64,000 nt of DNA from an uncultured Acidobacteriota bacterium (GTDB taxonomy: Bacteria > Acidobacteriota > Terriglobia > UBA7540): positions 32,001 to 96,000 of the forward strand of contig CAWDSK010000004.1 in NCBI GenBank assembly GCA_963804995.1, in the 5' to 3' direction. A program made the translations under genes and the position numbers. The notes under the pieces were generated by a model that did no database searches, was not told the origin of the DNA, and saw nothing but the letters and a program-made list of their open reading frames with translations. Each line of letters begins with the position of its first letter. Within the stretch, counting starts at the first letter, position 1. Positions 40,246-50,380 of the stretch are shown here, piece after piece.

Positions 40246-43152
40246 ATGTCGGAGATTACCTTTTCTAAAGCCAGCATACCCATTTGGAACGGCGCTGACG
40301 GGTCCGTGGATATAGACGTCAATGTGTCAGATCCGTTAAAGCCGATTGATCCGACCGCCGGAAATCCAATCGTCAAAACTTCATTCGACATACAGGGTGG
40401 GAATAACGCCACATTTGGAAACGATGGCACGCTGAAGCTCGGATTTGACGCGAGCACCACCGTTCTGTTGGCTCCTATTTGGCACGATCAAGTCGGAGCC
40501 GCTGCTGACCTCGACAAAGAGTTTGGGATCAGCACGGGGCTGGACAAGCAAACCGTCGCACTCGCTCTTGATGTTGGCGGCAAAGCGGATCTGTCCGTCG
40601 CGGGCTCGTTTCACTATAGCGCCCTCGCAATCGGGGCCACCGTGAATGCCGGAACCGATGCGCGATTTGTCTGCGTACGGCCTTATCCCACTTCTGAATC
40701 ACTGGCCGAGATTCTGGACAATTTTTTCAGCAATCTTGCCTTGCCGGGTACCCTTCTAGTGGCTCCCGCGAAGGGCACTCTCTATTCCTTAGAGCTAGGG
40801 GGGTACCTAAAGCTTGGAGTCAATGCGTCGGCAGGTTACAGCATCCAGGGCACAAAGGCTTTGGATTTCGCAAACTTGAAGCTCTCGGAAACCTACGACC
40901 TTAGTATTCTCGGAAAGCTTGGCGTCACAGCCCAGATTGCCGGCCGGTTTTCCGTTCAAGTTAGGGCTGGGGCAACGGATGGGTGGGCGAACGTTCAGGT
41001 TTTGCGAAAACGCACCGATGACGTTCAGTTCGCTGCTGATCTGAATGTTACCGCCTCATCCAAACTTCAAGGCCTGCCGACGAGTGGAAAAGAATTCCTG
41101 GGAGCTTTGCTCGGCGTAAATGCAAAAAACTGGCTCAATCTCGTCGATAGCGTTGCAACCCAGGCCGGCACAATCACCTCTGTGGCCGACCTCCAAAAAA
41201 GCCTTGATGGACTAGCCACCACCTACATTTCACGTTACGCCAATAAGGCAATTGCGCAGATTGTGGACAAAACCCCAGAAGCATCAGCGCTACTTGGGCG
41301 GCTCGCTAATGTCGTAAACAGTTACCGCAATCTGGACAGCTCTGCGATCGCGCTATTCGACCGGTACTTTGATGTCGGCACCGGGAAGGCTGATCAGCTC
41401 GTCGCGGCGCTCGGGAAGATTTCGGCTCTCAAAAGCCTTAAGGATTTCGAGGGCGAGATTGATCTAATGGTCTGGAATGTATTCCAACAACTCACGAACG
41501 GCGATCCGTTGACAGCGATTCTTCAAGATCCCGTTGCGGAAATTACAAAGAAGGTGAACGACACCCTTTCGCTGATAAGCGCGGATGCACATTCTGATAT
41601 CCGCAACTATATCACGCTAGCAAAATCGGCGTTCGGACTCGATCCCCTGATGAACGAAATTGCCAAGTTCGATTCCGTCGCTGCGCTAGCGCAACAGGCG
41701 ACGGATGAAGCCCAACATCTCGTGCAACGTTTAACCGGCACAGTCTTTAGTAAGATCCCGGCGCACGACCTGCAGGCCGTTCTCGACCTTGCCAAGAAGA
41801 TTTCCGATGGAACGGCGGCCTTCTGGAAGGACTTCGATAACGCGCTGACTCAGGCGGCGAGTCAGTCCTTCTCGTTAGAATTGAATGCAGTCTGGGAGCG
41901 GAGTGATGAAACCACGGCGCTGATTGACGTGGACATCAACATGCAGGACTTTCGGGGCCGCGCCTTCCTGAAGAAGGCGGGAGTCGGCGATTTCAGCGAC
42001 ATCCTGGCCAACTATAACCCACAACTGGTCAGACTAAATAAGGGAGCCCTCACCCATAATCTCCAGTCTTCCCAAGGTGTAAAAATCAATATCGTGGGTT
42101 GGCACCTGAATTATCAATATCAAAGCTCCCTCCAGGTCTTAACGCAATCCGACCAGCAAATCCGTCCCAGCGCCAACGGGCGCCTGAACGTGTTTACGAC
42201 GATCAACATGCAGGCTGAAAAGAACACCCGGCGCAAAACCACCAAGGCCGAAGAAACGATGCATACTAACTTCACACTCCGGCTTCTCGCTGAGACGAAT
42301 GACATCGTCGATGGCAGCAAGTTCGACAAAGAGAATCATGACTATCTTATCGACGTTGTCAGTGGCGCCGCCGCTTTTTACGAAATGACCTTCACAGACA
42401 GCAACACGACACCGCAGAAACTTGACCAAGCGTTGGATTTTGCCAAAGTTCTCGGACTTGATAAGGTCGGGGCAAATGTCCCGGCTTTGCAGCCCGTACT
42501 ACAACTAGTTAACGGTAGTTATGGTGATATCGCTGCAGATTATCGCGTAGTTTTTACACCCGAAGGACTTAAGGCTTTGTTTTCGCAGCCATTTGATGCC
42601 ACGCTGATTCGGTCAGTTCTGAAACCGATTGTTCTGGCCAACTATTACGGACTACCGGTGCTATCGGTGATCGGCTGGATGTACTGCAACGACACGGTGA
42701 GAGATGTTTGGGTGAAGGAGGGGGTTAATTTCATTAACGCCGGAACTGTACTTGCCGCTGCCTTGCCCAGTCTGCAGCCCGAGTCACCCATTCTGGGGTT
42801 TGCCCCGCAATTGTCGGTTGATACGTCCTCCGACATTATGAATCGCTTTCTGACGGCTCAGCTCTACCAAATTGAAGATGATCTGGCCGGGGCATTCGCA
42901 AAACTCGGGGCACTGGTCGGCAAGAAATGTGAAATCACCGACAAGGCCTTGACCAATGCCGTCAATGATTTCGGGAAGGTCCTCAACGCATTCGATCGGC
43001 AGAGCTTAGGTGACAATACGACGTTTGCAGTTATGGACGGGCTGATTCAGAAGGCGAATCGAGGCACAGAAGCCCGCTCCTCAGCGCTGGACCTAACAAC
43101 GCACACGGAAGGGGCCGAGCGCCATACGGTGTTCCAATTGCAGCCGAAATAG
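40246..43152 (+). CDS. 968-aa hypothetical protein (beta-rich N-terminus, helical middle), no signal peptide
   Basis: Long uninterrupted ORF with GGAGG RBS; no recognised motif. Confidence 0.85.
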   Translation: MSEITFSKASIPIWNGADGSVDIDVNVSDPLKPIDPTAGNPIVKTSFDIQGGNNATFGNDGTLKLGFDASTTVLLAPIWHDQVGAAADLDKEFGISTGLDKQTVALALDVGGKADLSVAGSFHYSALAIGATVNAGTDARFVCVRPYPTSESLAEILDNFFSNLALPGTLLVAPAKGTLYSLELGGYLKLGVNASAGYSIQGTKALDFANLKLSETYDLSILGKLGVTAQIAGRFSVQVRAGATDGWANVQVLRKRTDDVQFAADLNVTASSKLQGLPTSGKEFLGALLGVNAKNWLNLVDSVATQAGTITSVADLQKSLDGLATTYISRYANKAIAQIVDKTPEASALLGRLANVVNSYRNLDSSAIALFDRYFDVGTGKADQLVAALGKISALKSLKDFEGEIDLMVWNVFQQLTNGDPLTAILQDPVAEITKKVNDTLSLISADAHSDIRNYITLAKSAFGLDPLMNEIAKFDSVAALAQQATDEAQHLVQRLTGTVFSKIPAHDLQAVLDLAKKISDGTAAFWKDFDNALTQAASQSFSLELNAVWERSDETTALIDVDINMQDFRGRAFLKKAGVGDFSDILANYNPQLVRLNKGALTHNLQSSQGVKINIVGWHLNYQYQSSLQVLTQSDQQIRPSANGRLNVFTTINMQAEKNTRRKTTKAEETMHTNFTLRLLAETNDIVDGSKFDKENHDYLIDVVSGAAAFYEMTFTDSNTTPQKLDQALDFAKVLGLDKVGANVPALQPVLQLVNGSYGDIAADYRVVFTPEGLKALFSQPFDATLIRSVLKPIVLANYYGLPVLSVIGWMYCNDTVRDVWVKEGVNFINAGTVLAAALPSLQPESPILGFAPQLSVDTSSDIMNRFLTAQLYQIEDDLAGAFAKLGALVGKKCEITDKALTNAVNDFGKVLNAFDRQSLGDNTTFAVMDGLIQKANRGTEARSSALDLTTHTEGAERHTVFQLQPK

Positions 43153-43360
43153 GGGAGGGCCGAGGTGCGTGGGAGAGTGCATCAGAGGTCAGCGCGGCCG
43201 GCGTCAGTGGCTTGCTCACCGTTGGCCGTTTCCTTGGATTTACGAACCCACGGTCAATTCGAAATATGAATTGACCGCAGCTACCGCTCCAAGTAGGTAG
43301 CGGTTGAGGTAGTTTTCGCATGGGTGGGATGCATGCGGCAAACGGGAGGGAGGAGACGCA

Positions 43361-44311
43361 ATGGATCCAATAACGCTCAAAGCCCTTGAATTGGCCAAGG
43401 AATCGTCAGATCGCGCACGGACAATACTCCTGATCATGCAGGTCACGTGCATCATCGCGTTCATGGCCGCGTGGCGTGAGGCTCCGTTTGGGTGGACCTT
43501 GACGCGGCTAAAAATAGCACAAACCGCCGTCGCGTATCTCGGTTATGTCGATTGTCAGAAAAAGCAGCACCCGGAGGCCCCGGGCGTCGGCCCTGATGCT
43601 AACTCCAGATCGGACGCGTGCGTTGCTCCCGAAGGCGGTCAAGCGTTAAAGCCAGCAGAAATAGAGTTAGCAAAGGCATACCTTGCAGGGTCGAACCTCA
43701 CTCTCGCCCAAGCTGAGAAGCACCTCGATATCCTTTACGACATGCTTGTCACCCACACGATGAATGTGACCGTGCCCTTTCTCGGATTCACGTTTGACGT
43801 GAATGACCTGAGCGTACTTGGCGGCATGAGTTTCCTGCTGATCCTAGTGTGGTTCTATTTTAGCTTGCGACGCGAAGAACTGAATATCGCCATGCTCTTT
43901 CAGCAACACAAGGGGCAAGCCCTTAACGAGGTCTATAGGCTTGCCAGCATGACCCAGGTGCTCACCGTTACGCCGAAAGCCCATGCTCCCGAAAACAAAT
44001 TCAAGGTCAAAGCGCTGGCCTCGGTGCTGAGATTGCTGTTTTTCAGTCCATTGGCGGTCCAGTCTTTTGTCTTATATATTGACAGGAAAACGTTTGGCAG
44101 AGTCGCGCCCTTCAACCCCCACCTCGTCAAGGGACAGTTTACGGCAGGCGTGTGGTTTTTTATGCTAATGTTTTTCGTAACTTGGTGGTGTTTAAGACGC
44201 TCCAGAGCCGTTGATAAGATATGGCAGGATGCAAACTCCCGTCGCCAAGCTCCTGACGAGACAATACAATCGGGGAACTCGGAACCGCTGCCCTCGCCTA
44301 CTGAACCTTGA
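43361..44311 (+). CDS. multi-pass membrane hypothetical protein
   Basis: GGAGGAG RBS; about 4 TM segments; VPFLGFTFDVNDL. Confidence 0.75.
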   Translation: MDPITLKALELAKESSDRARTILLIMQVTCIIAFMAAWREAPFGWTLTRLKIAQTAVAYLGYVDCQKKQHPEAPGVGPDANSRSDACVAPEGGQALKPAEIELAKAYLAGSNLTLAQAEKHLDILYDMLVTHTMNVTVPFLGFTFDVNDLSVLGGMSFLLILVWFYFSLRREELNIAMLFQQHKGQALNEVYRLASMTQVLTVTPKAHAPENKFKVKALASVLRLLFFSPLAVQSFVLYIDRKTFGRVAPFNPHLVKGQFTAGVWFFMLMFFVTWWCLRRSRAVDKIWQDANSRRQAPDETIQSGNSEPLPSPTEP

Positions 44312-45145
44312 CTTCTTCTGGAAAAGGCTGGACCACATAGTAGGTAGCCACTACAAGCGTCTAGTGTTGCGTTTGGAAAATGCGTTTACGGTAGATCCGC
44401 CATTTAGGGCGCCACATGCCGGGCTAAGGCTTGGCGCTACAATGAATTGACATGTTTCGCATAAGTAAACTCATTTCCCAAACGCAACACTTGCTGGGCC
44501 ACGGTCAGCGTTTTTCCAACCGCGGCTACCCTTGGCTCGGCTAACAATCAATTCAAGAATCAAAATTACAGCAGCTTCATTGCGTCCGGGTCCGAGTGGA
44601 CGGGGGGGCCGGTTTCGTAGCTGACGCTGCTGAGCAGGATGGTGCCGGCGGCGCGTGATCCAACGCAAGCGAACAAGCGGACCTGCCTTGCAGGTCCACA
44701 GCTTTTCGCACCAGCCCGGGTATATGATCAGGGCCTTCTGATGCGGGCTATTTGTTGCCGGGGCGCAGCAGGGCAGCGCCATTTGCGTACACGATTCTCC
44801 GAAATGCGGCCTCGTTGGGGACAAGCTTGCCCACTGCGGCCACAGAGCAGGTAGCGTACCAGAGTCTGTGCCTTTCAGACTCTGCGGTTCTGAACACGGT
44901 AAACATATACTGTCGTATTAACACACGGCCTTGGCACGTGACGCGGTAATGCGGGGAATAGGGAACAGGGAACAGAGGAAGTCCTAAGCGGTCATTGGCA
45001 GCGGCGCCTAACGTTCGAAGGGCCGCAGCGTCTCTGATGGAAGCGAAGCTCTGCGCTGCCGGACCACGCAAATCGCAGTTGAGCTGCGCCAAGTCTAGTA
45101 AGGGAAACTGGCCTTCGGACAGCAAGTGAGAGGAGGCGATTCAGT

Positions 45146-45757
45146 ATGCCAAACACAAATGGGCCAAGGATAGTGGGCGTTAGCTTCAAGAGGTATGCGG
45201 CGGGGGAGGCTGCGCAACCCGGGGAATTTGAACGCGGTGACTTTATTCTGACCCATGGGAACGCCTTCTACAGCAAGCTGATTCGCTTTGGCCAAGGGCT
45301 TCGCTTTTGGGGACAGAATCGAAAGTACGCCTGGTGGAACCATGCTGCCATGATCGTTTCCGACACTGGCGATCTGGTTGAAGCGCTCGGGGCCGGAGTC
45401 AAAAAGACACACATCGATAAATACACGCCCACGGAGTATCACCTGGTCCGGCTGGGCGCTCTTGCCGATCACCGTGATCGCGAACAAGTGGTAACCTTCG
45501 CCGATTGGTGCCTGAACGAAAAATACGACTTGCTAACAATTATCAGCATAGGGTTCTCGCTTCTGTTTGGGGGAAGGTTGAATTTTGGGTTTGACGGCGA
45601 AACCATCTGTTCCGGGCTGGTGGCCCGAGCTCTGGAGAGGTCCAATGCCATTTTCGACCGCACTCCCTCACACATCATGCCCGCAGACTTGGCTCGGTAC
45701 TTCAATGTCGATCCCCCACCGAAAGGAACATCCAAAGGTGTAATTCCGCAAACCTAA
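45146..45757 (+). CDS. permuted papain-like NlpC/P60 amidase (YiiX/YebB-like)
   Basis: GDFILT...NHAAM....LVEA...Y...ICSGLV...P.DL; catalytic His precedes Cys. Confidence 0.8.
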   Translation: MPNTNGPRIVGVSFKRYAAGEAAQPGEFERGDFILTHGNAFYSKLIRFGQGLRFWGQNRKYAWWNHAAMIVSDTGDLVEALGAGVKKTHIDKYTPTEYHLVRLGALADHRDREQVVTFADWCLNEKYDLLTIISIGFSLLFGGRLNFGFDGETICSGLVARALERSNAIFDRTPSHIMPADLARYFNVDPPPKGTSKGVIPQT

Positions 45758-46067
45758 ACATGAGCATTTTTGCCCTTTTGGGCCCTCACATGAAATGCTA
45801 TTGCTCATGGCGGATTTATTTCACGGGTTCGTGCGCCGTGGGGTCCGATCCTCCGGCCGTCACGCGGGCAGGCGCACCTAGATTGAAGATCCGCGGCTTG
45901 TCGTGCCGACCAGGGTAAATGGTCAGGGCCTTCTGATGCCTGCTATTTGTCGCCGAGGCGCAGCAGGGCCGCGCCGACGCTCATACCCCAGCGTGACACG
46001 GGAGAGGCAGGGGTTAGGGGTTAGGGATTGGGGATTAGGGAAATGCGACTGACCCCCAAGCGACCAC

Positions 46068-46536
46068 CACACTTCCCCGTATCGGTTATCGGCGGGATCG
46101 ACACCAAGCATGAGACAAATTGAGTGGCCGGTGACAAACAGCTTGCCCCCTCACCCGTCCCGCCCCGGCTCGTGAAAACGCCGGCAGCGCGCCACCCTCT
46201 CCCCCCGGAGAGGGCTATGAATTTTTACCTTGTGCTGGTGAACCAATGGCCCTACCCCCCGATCGACCCCCGCCCCGCCGTGACGCACTTCCCCGCTTCG
46301 GTTATCGGTGGGTTAGCGGCCGAACATGAGCTCAAAATCGACTTCGGCAATCACTCAATCACCCGATGAACCGATGTCCGACGGCCCGATCAGAGGAGCA
46401 GTGGCGAGTGGCTAGTGGCTAGTCGCCAGAAATGGCAAAGTCCAAGGGCGGCAAGGCAGCCCGTACCGATGCTCTCCCCCCGGCGTGCCATACTCACCCA
46501 CATCGGTTATCGGTGGGTTCGTAGCCGAACATGAGC
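46068..46536 (-). repeat. second three-unit array of the CTCATG-N15-RCCGATAACCGA...GGGG.AGT motif
   Basis: TCGGTTATCGG at 46082, 46298, 46503 (spacing 216 and 205); same 15-nt internal spacing as 4394-4747. Confidence 0.85.
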
Positions 46537-46800
46537 CTATTTATCAACGGTCAGGTCGGCCGTTGGCAGGAATTGGGGCGGCCGGCGATGTTTGGTGGCT
46601 TGCTCGAACGCGTACGCCAGCTTGATGAGGGTGGGCTCGCTATAGGCTCGGCCGAAGAAGGAAATTCCTATCGGGAGGCCGAAGACGAAGCCTGCCGGCA
46701 CTGAAATGTTGGGATATCCTGACACGGCGGCGGGCCGGGAACTTTTCGTGGTCTCCGTTGACCAGGTCGGTAACCCAGGCGGGCCCGGCGGTTTCGGGAG
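46537..46800 (-). pseudogene. C-terminal fragment of an amidase-signature enzyme
   Basis: AAVSGYPNISVPAG...GLPIGISFFGRAYSEPTLI.LAYAFEQAT. Confidence 0.75.
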
Positions 46801-46915
46801 ACGCACCCCGCCCATCCGATATAGTTTGCTGGGACAGCCGTCCCACTTGTTGCTCTCCGCGGGGCGTAGCGGGCGTTGTCCCACTAAAAATCGAGGGTCA
46901 CACCCAAAGTCAAAA

Positions 46916-47101
46916 TCAGTGGGACAGAAGGAAATCGAGCGCCGCGCCTAGAATTCGATTCGCTTCCAGCGCCTCAGCCAGCGCCACTGTATCCACGATG
47001 CTGCCGCGCGCCGTGTTGATCAATAAGGCCGAGGGCTTCATCAGGCCGAGGGTGCGCGAATTAATCAGGTGCCTGGTCTCCGCCGTCAGCGGAAGATGCA
47101 A
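46916..47101 (-). pseudogene. fragment of a D-2-hydroxyacid dehydrogenase
   Basis: HLPLT.ETRHLIN...[19 protein letters not shown]......I.GAALD only. Confidence 0.8.
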
Positions 47102-47752
47102 TAATACGATCGATCAAATCCATGCCCACCGTCCGTACCAGTACCAATTCTCTTCCCGAGTATCGATGAGGCGAAAGCCGTGAACGAATCGAGAAGACCT
47201 CTCACGCCACACAGCCTGGGCGGCAAGCCTCGCCAAGCAGGAACCGAGCCTCTTCTTCGGGCCTTAGCGTGAAGGTTGGGTTTTCTTTCACTCCGGTCGA
47301 AGACCAGGTGCTTTTGTCGCAATTTGGCGCTACAATCAGCGCGGCTGCTGGACTTCCCCCCATTGGCGTTCCTGCGGATTTTCAAACTGCTGTTCGGCGG
47401 CGCGATTCTCAACATGGGGGAGCGATGTTCTTGTGAATGACAGAATGTCTAGCTCACCTCGGCCCCCAGACCTCAAGAACGAGGAATGCCTGCAGGGGAT
47501 TCGAAAAAAGCCCAGTTTGGGGTTCAAATAGCCATGCAGGCATAGAATGGGGCAGGGCGTCCATATGACGGAAAATGCTATTGTATTTTGACATGTATCA
47601 TTTTCTGAGAACCCGGCACGGTGTACCCTCTGCCGGTCAGCTTGGAATACAAAATGCTCGTTACAATTAGATGGTGGGTGTTTGTCAATTTTTGCGGGGA
47701 AGTTGGAAATAGTTATAAGGGGGCCCTCAGCCCATCAATCAGGGAGGTCGAG

Positions 47753-49217
47753 ATGAAAAGCAAAGCAAACGGTCAGTATATTCAAGACGCCCAGCGGGAA
47801 AGTGATGGCATCACGCGGCGCAAGTTCCTGGCTGCTGCGGCGGGAGTTGCGCCCGCAGCCTTATTGGCCAACGCCACCCCGGGAAGGGCCGTTGCCTTGC
47901 CTGTCGTGGTTGCGCCCACTGAAGGCAAGCTCGCCATCGACGGCGGCACACCGGTTCGTGCCACCATGCTGCACATGAACTTTTCCGGGCCCAACTATTA
48001 CGACGACGAGGAGCGCCGGGAATTGCTCGAACGTGCTCGAAGGGCGCGCCCCGTTTCGCGATTACGGCATGGGGCCGGGTGGCAAGACGCCCAACAAGTG
48101 CATTCAGTTCGAAAAGGAATTCGCTGCGCACCAAGGTTCGAAGTTTTGCCTGGCGGTAACCTCCGGTACTGCGGCCTTGATTGTCGCCGTGGCGGGACTG
48201 GGAGTGGGTCCCGGGGACGAGGTCATCCTCCCCGCCTGGTGCTGGTATGCCTGCTACGACGCCATCGTCGCTTCAGGCGCGACCCCGGTCTTCGCGGAAA
48301 TCGACGAATCCTTGATGATTGATCCGGCCGACATCGAGCGCAAAATTACTCCCCACACCAAGGCCATCATGCCGGTGCACATCGCGGGTGAGTCTGCCGA
48401 TATGGACTCGATCATGGCGATCGCGCGGCAGCACAAGCTGAAGGTTCTGGAAGACGCCGCCCAGGCCATGGGAGTCACTTACAAAGGCCGCGCCGTGGGC
48501 ACGATTGGCGACTGCGGCATCAACAGTTTCCAGATTTGCAAGACCATCTCCTCTGGCGATGGCGGCGCCGTGGTCACCAGCGACCCGATGGTGTTTGAAC
48601 GCGCCGTTCGGTTCCATGACCTGGGCCTGATGCGCAAATGCTTTATCAATAACCTGGGTACCCAGCCCCAGATGGGCATGATTCCCGGCTTGCAATTCCG
48701 CATGAATGAGTGGACGGGCGGGGTCATGCGCGCTCAGTTGCGCAAAGCGGATCGAATCATCTCCGACTACCACACAAAATCCGCACAGATCATCGCCGGC
48801 ATTCGCGATCTTCCGGGGATTGAATTCCGGAAGAGCCACGATCCGCACGGTGCGCTGCGGGACATGATCTATTTCCGCGTGGAAAGCCAAGCAGTGCGCG
48901 ATCGCTGCCTTGCCGCTCTGGCGGCGGAAAACATCGAGGCCGGCTGGAATCTGGAGGGGTCGGTGGTGCTGCCCGTCGAGCCCCATATCGCCAGGAAAGA
49001 CCCCCCGGAAGCGAATTGGCCGTCGTTTGCGACGCCGAACGGTTGAGCGATTAAATACGGGCCAACCTGCTGCCCACGCACCGCTGAAATCCGGAACCGG
49101 TTTGTGGGTATCCCGACTGATCCCAAGTACACGGATCAGGATGTGGCTGATGTTGTCGCCGCGGTTCGCAAGGTCTATATGGCGGTCGTTACTCCGACCT
49201 TGAGGTCGGCACGCTAA
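47753..49217 (+). CDS. Tat-signal DegT/DnrJ/EryC1/StrS aminotransferase; frameshift at ~48030 and in-frame TGA at 49044 (pseudogene or sequence errors)
   Basis: TRRKFL; SGTAAL; GPGDEVI; EDAAQA.G; SFQ..K.ISSGDGG. Homologous-looking C-terminus continues in frame past the TGA to 49217. Confidence 0.85.
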
Positions 49218-49305
49218 CGCCCGGCGGAACAACTCGGCTCGGGCCGGAATAAAGTCCGGCGCTACAAGTTGACGTTAAATCTAACGACTCAAGTTGGAGG
49301 TACTC

Positions 49306-50271
49306 GTGTTAAAAGACCTGAACCGCCGCCATTTTCTAAAGACCTCGGCCCTGGCTGCCGGGCTCACGTTTGATACGCTGCCATTAAAAGCCCGGCTGGC
49401 GGCGGGTGACAACACCCCGGTGAAACCCGTCTTGGGTGAGTTGCCGAAAGGCCGGATCGGCAAACTTGAGTGCACTCGTCTGTTCTGTGGAGGCAACCTC
49501 TTCAGCGGGTTTGGCCACGCCGGAGAGTTGCATTACGTTGACACTCTGCTGCGCCACTACTTCACGGACGACAAGATCATGGACACTCTGCAATTGTGCG
49601 AACAGGGTGGGATCAACACCGCCATCCTGCGCTGCGATGAGCAGATCGTCCGGGTCATCAACCGCTATCGCAAGGAGCGAGGCGGAAAGATCCAATGGAT
49701 CGCCCAGACCTACCCCAAACCCGACAACCTGAAAGAGAACATCCAGATAGCCATCGATAACGGCGCCGTGGCGGCCTTCTGCATGGGCGGGCACGCCCAG
49801 GACGTCTTCGTAACTCCTGGCAAAGCGGATCTGATTGGCGAGGTCGTGGCGTTCATCAAGCAGAACGGTCTGGTGGCCGGCGTTGGCTCCCATACGCTGG
49901 AGCTCCCTATCATTTCGGAACAGCAGAAATTTAACCCTGACTTCTATTTCAAGACGTTCAACAGCGTAGGTTACGCCACCGATAACTCGCACCCCGACGA
50001 AGATGTCAAAGTCGGCGTCGAAGGTAAGGTGTTCACCAGTGATGCTACGCGCGACATTGCCGCCTTCATGAAAGGGATCAAAAAGCCCTGGATCGCCTTC
50101 AAGGTTTTGGGTGCGGGCCGAGTACCGCCCAAGGAAGGCTTCGATCTGGCGTTCAAGAGTGGTGCGGATTTCATCAACGTGGGGATGTACGATTTCCAAG
50201 TCCAGCAAAACATCGCAATGATCCCGGAGATCGTAAAACGCCACGTGCAGCGCGACCGGGCCTGGGCGTAA
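49306..50271 (+). CDS. Tat-signal aldo/keto-reductase-like hypothetical protein, paralog 1
   Basis: NRRHFL; IG.LE.TRL.CGGN; KPWIAFKVLGAGR; GADFI.VGM. Confidence 0.8.
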   Translation: MLKDLNRRHFLKTSALAAGLTFDTLPLKARLAAGDNTPVKPVLGELPKGRIGKLECTRLFCGGNLFSGFGHAGELHYVDTLLRHYFTDDKIMDTLQLCEQGGINTAILRCDEQIVRVINRYRKERGGKIQWIAQTYPKPDNLKENIQIAIDNGAVAAFCMGGHAQDVFVTPGKADLIGEVVAFIKQNGLVAGVGSHTLELPIISEQQKFNPDFYFKTFNSVGYATDNSHPDEDVKVGVEGKVFTSDATRDIAAFMKGIKKPWIAFKVLGAGRVPPKEGFDLAFKSGADFINVGMYDFQVQQNIAMIPEIVKRHVQRDRAWA

Positions 50272-50380
50272 GGTCCGGGATTAGGGGTTGGGGATTAGGG
50301 GTTAGGTCTCGAATAACTCCCCTTGCTCCTTGGTTCAAACGCCATAGCGATTTGGATTGATTTCCCTCACCCCAGGGGGG

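Noticed and set aside
38380..45757. Prophage
   Set aside because: No capsid, terminase, tail, integrase or replication genes around the endolysin-like gene.
49044..49046. Selenocysteine or recoded TGA in the DegT gene
   Set aside because: It is not a Cys-type position and no SECIS is evident. A CGA>TGA change in GTCGAGC matches the motif shared with the frameshifts.
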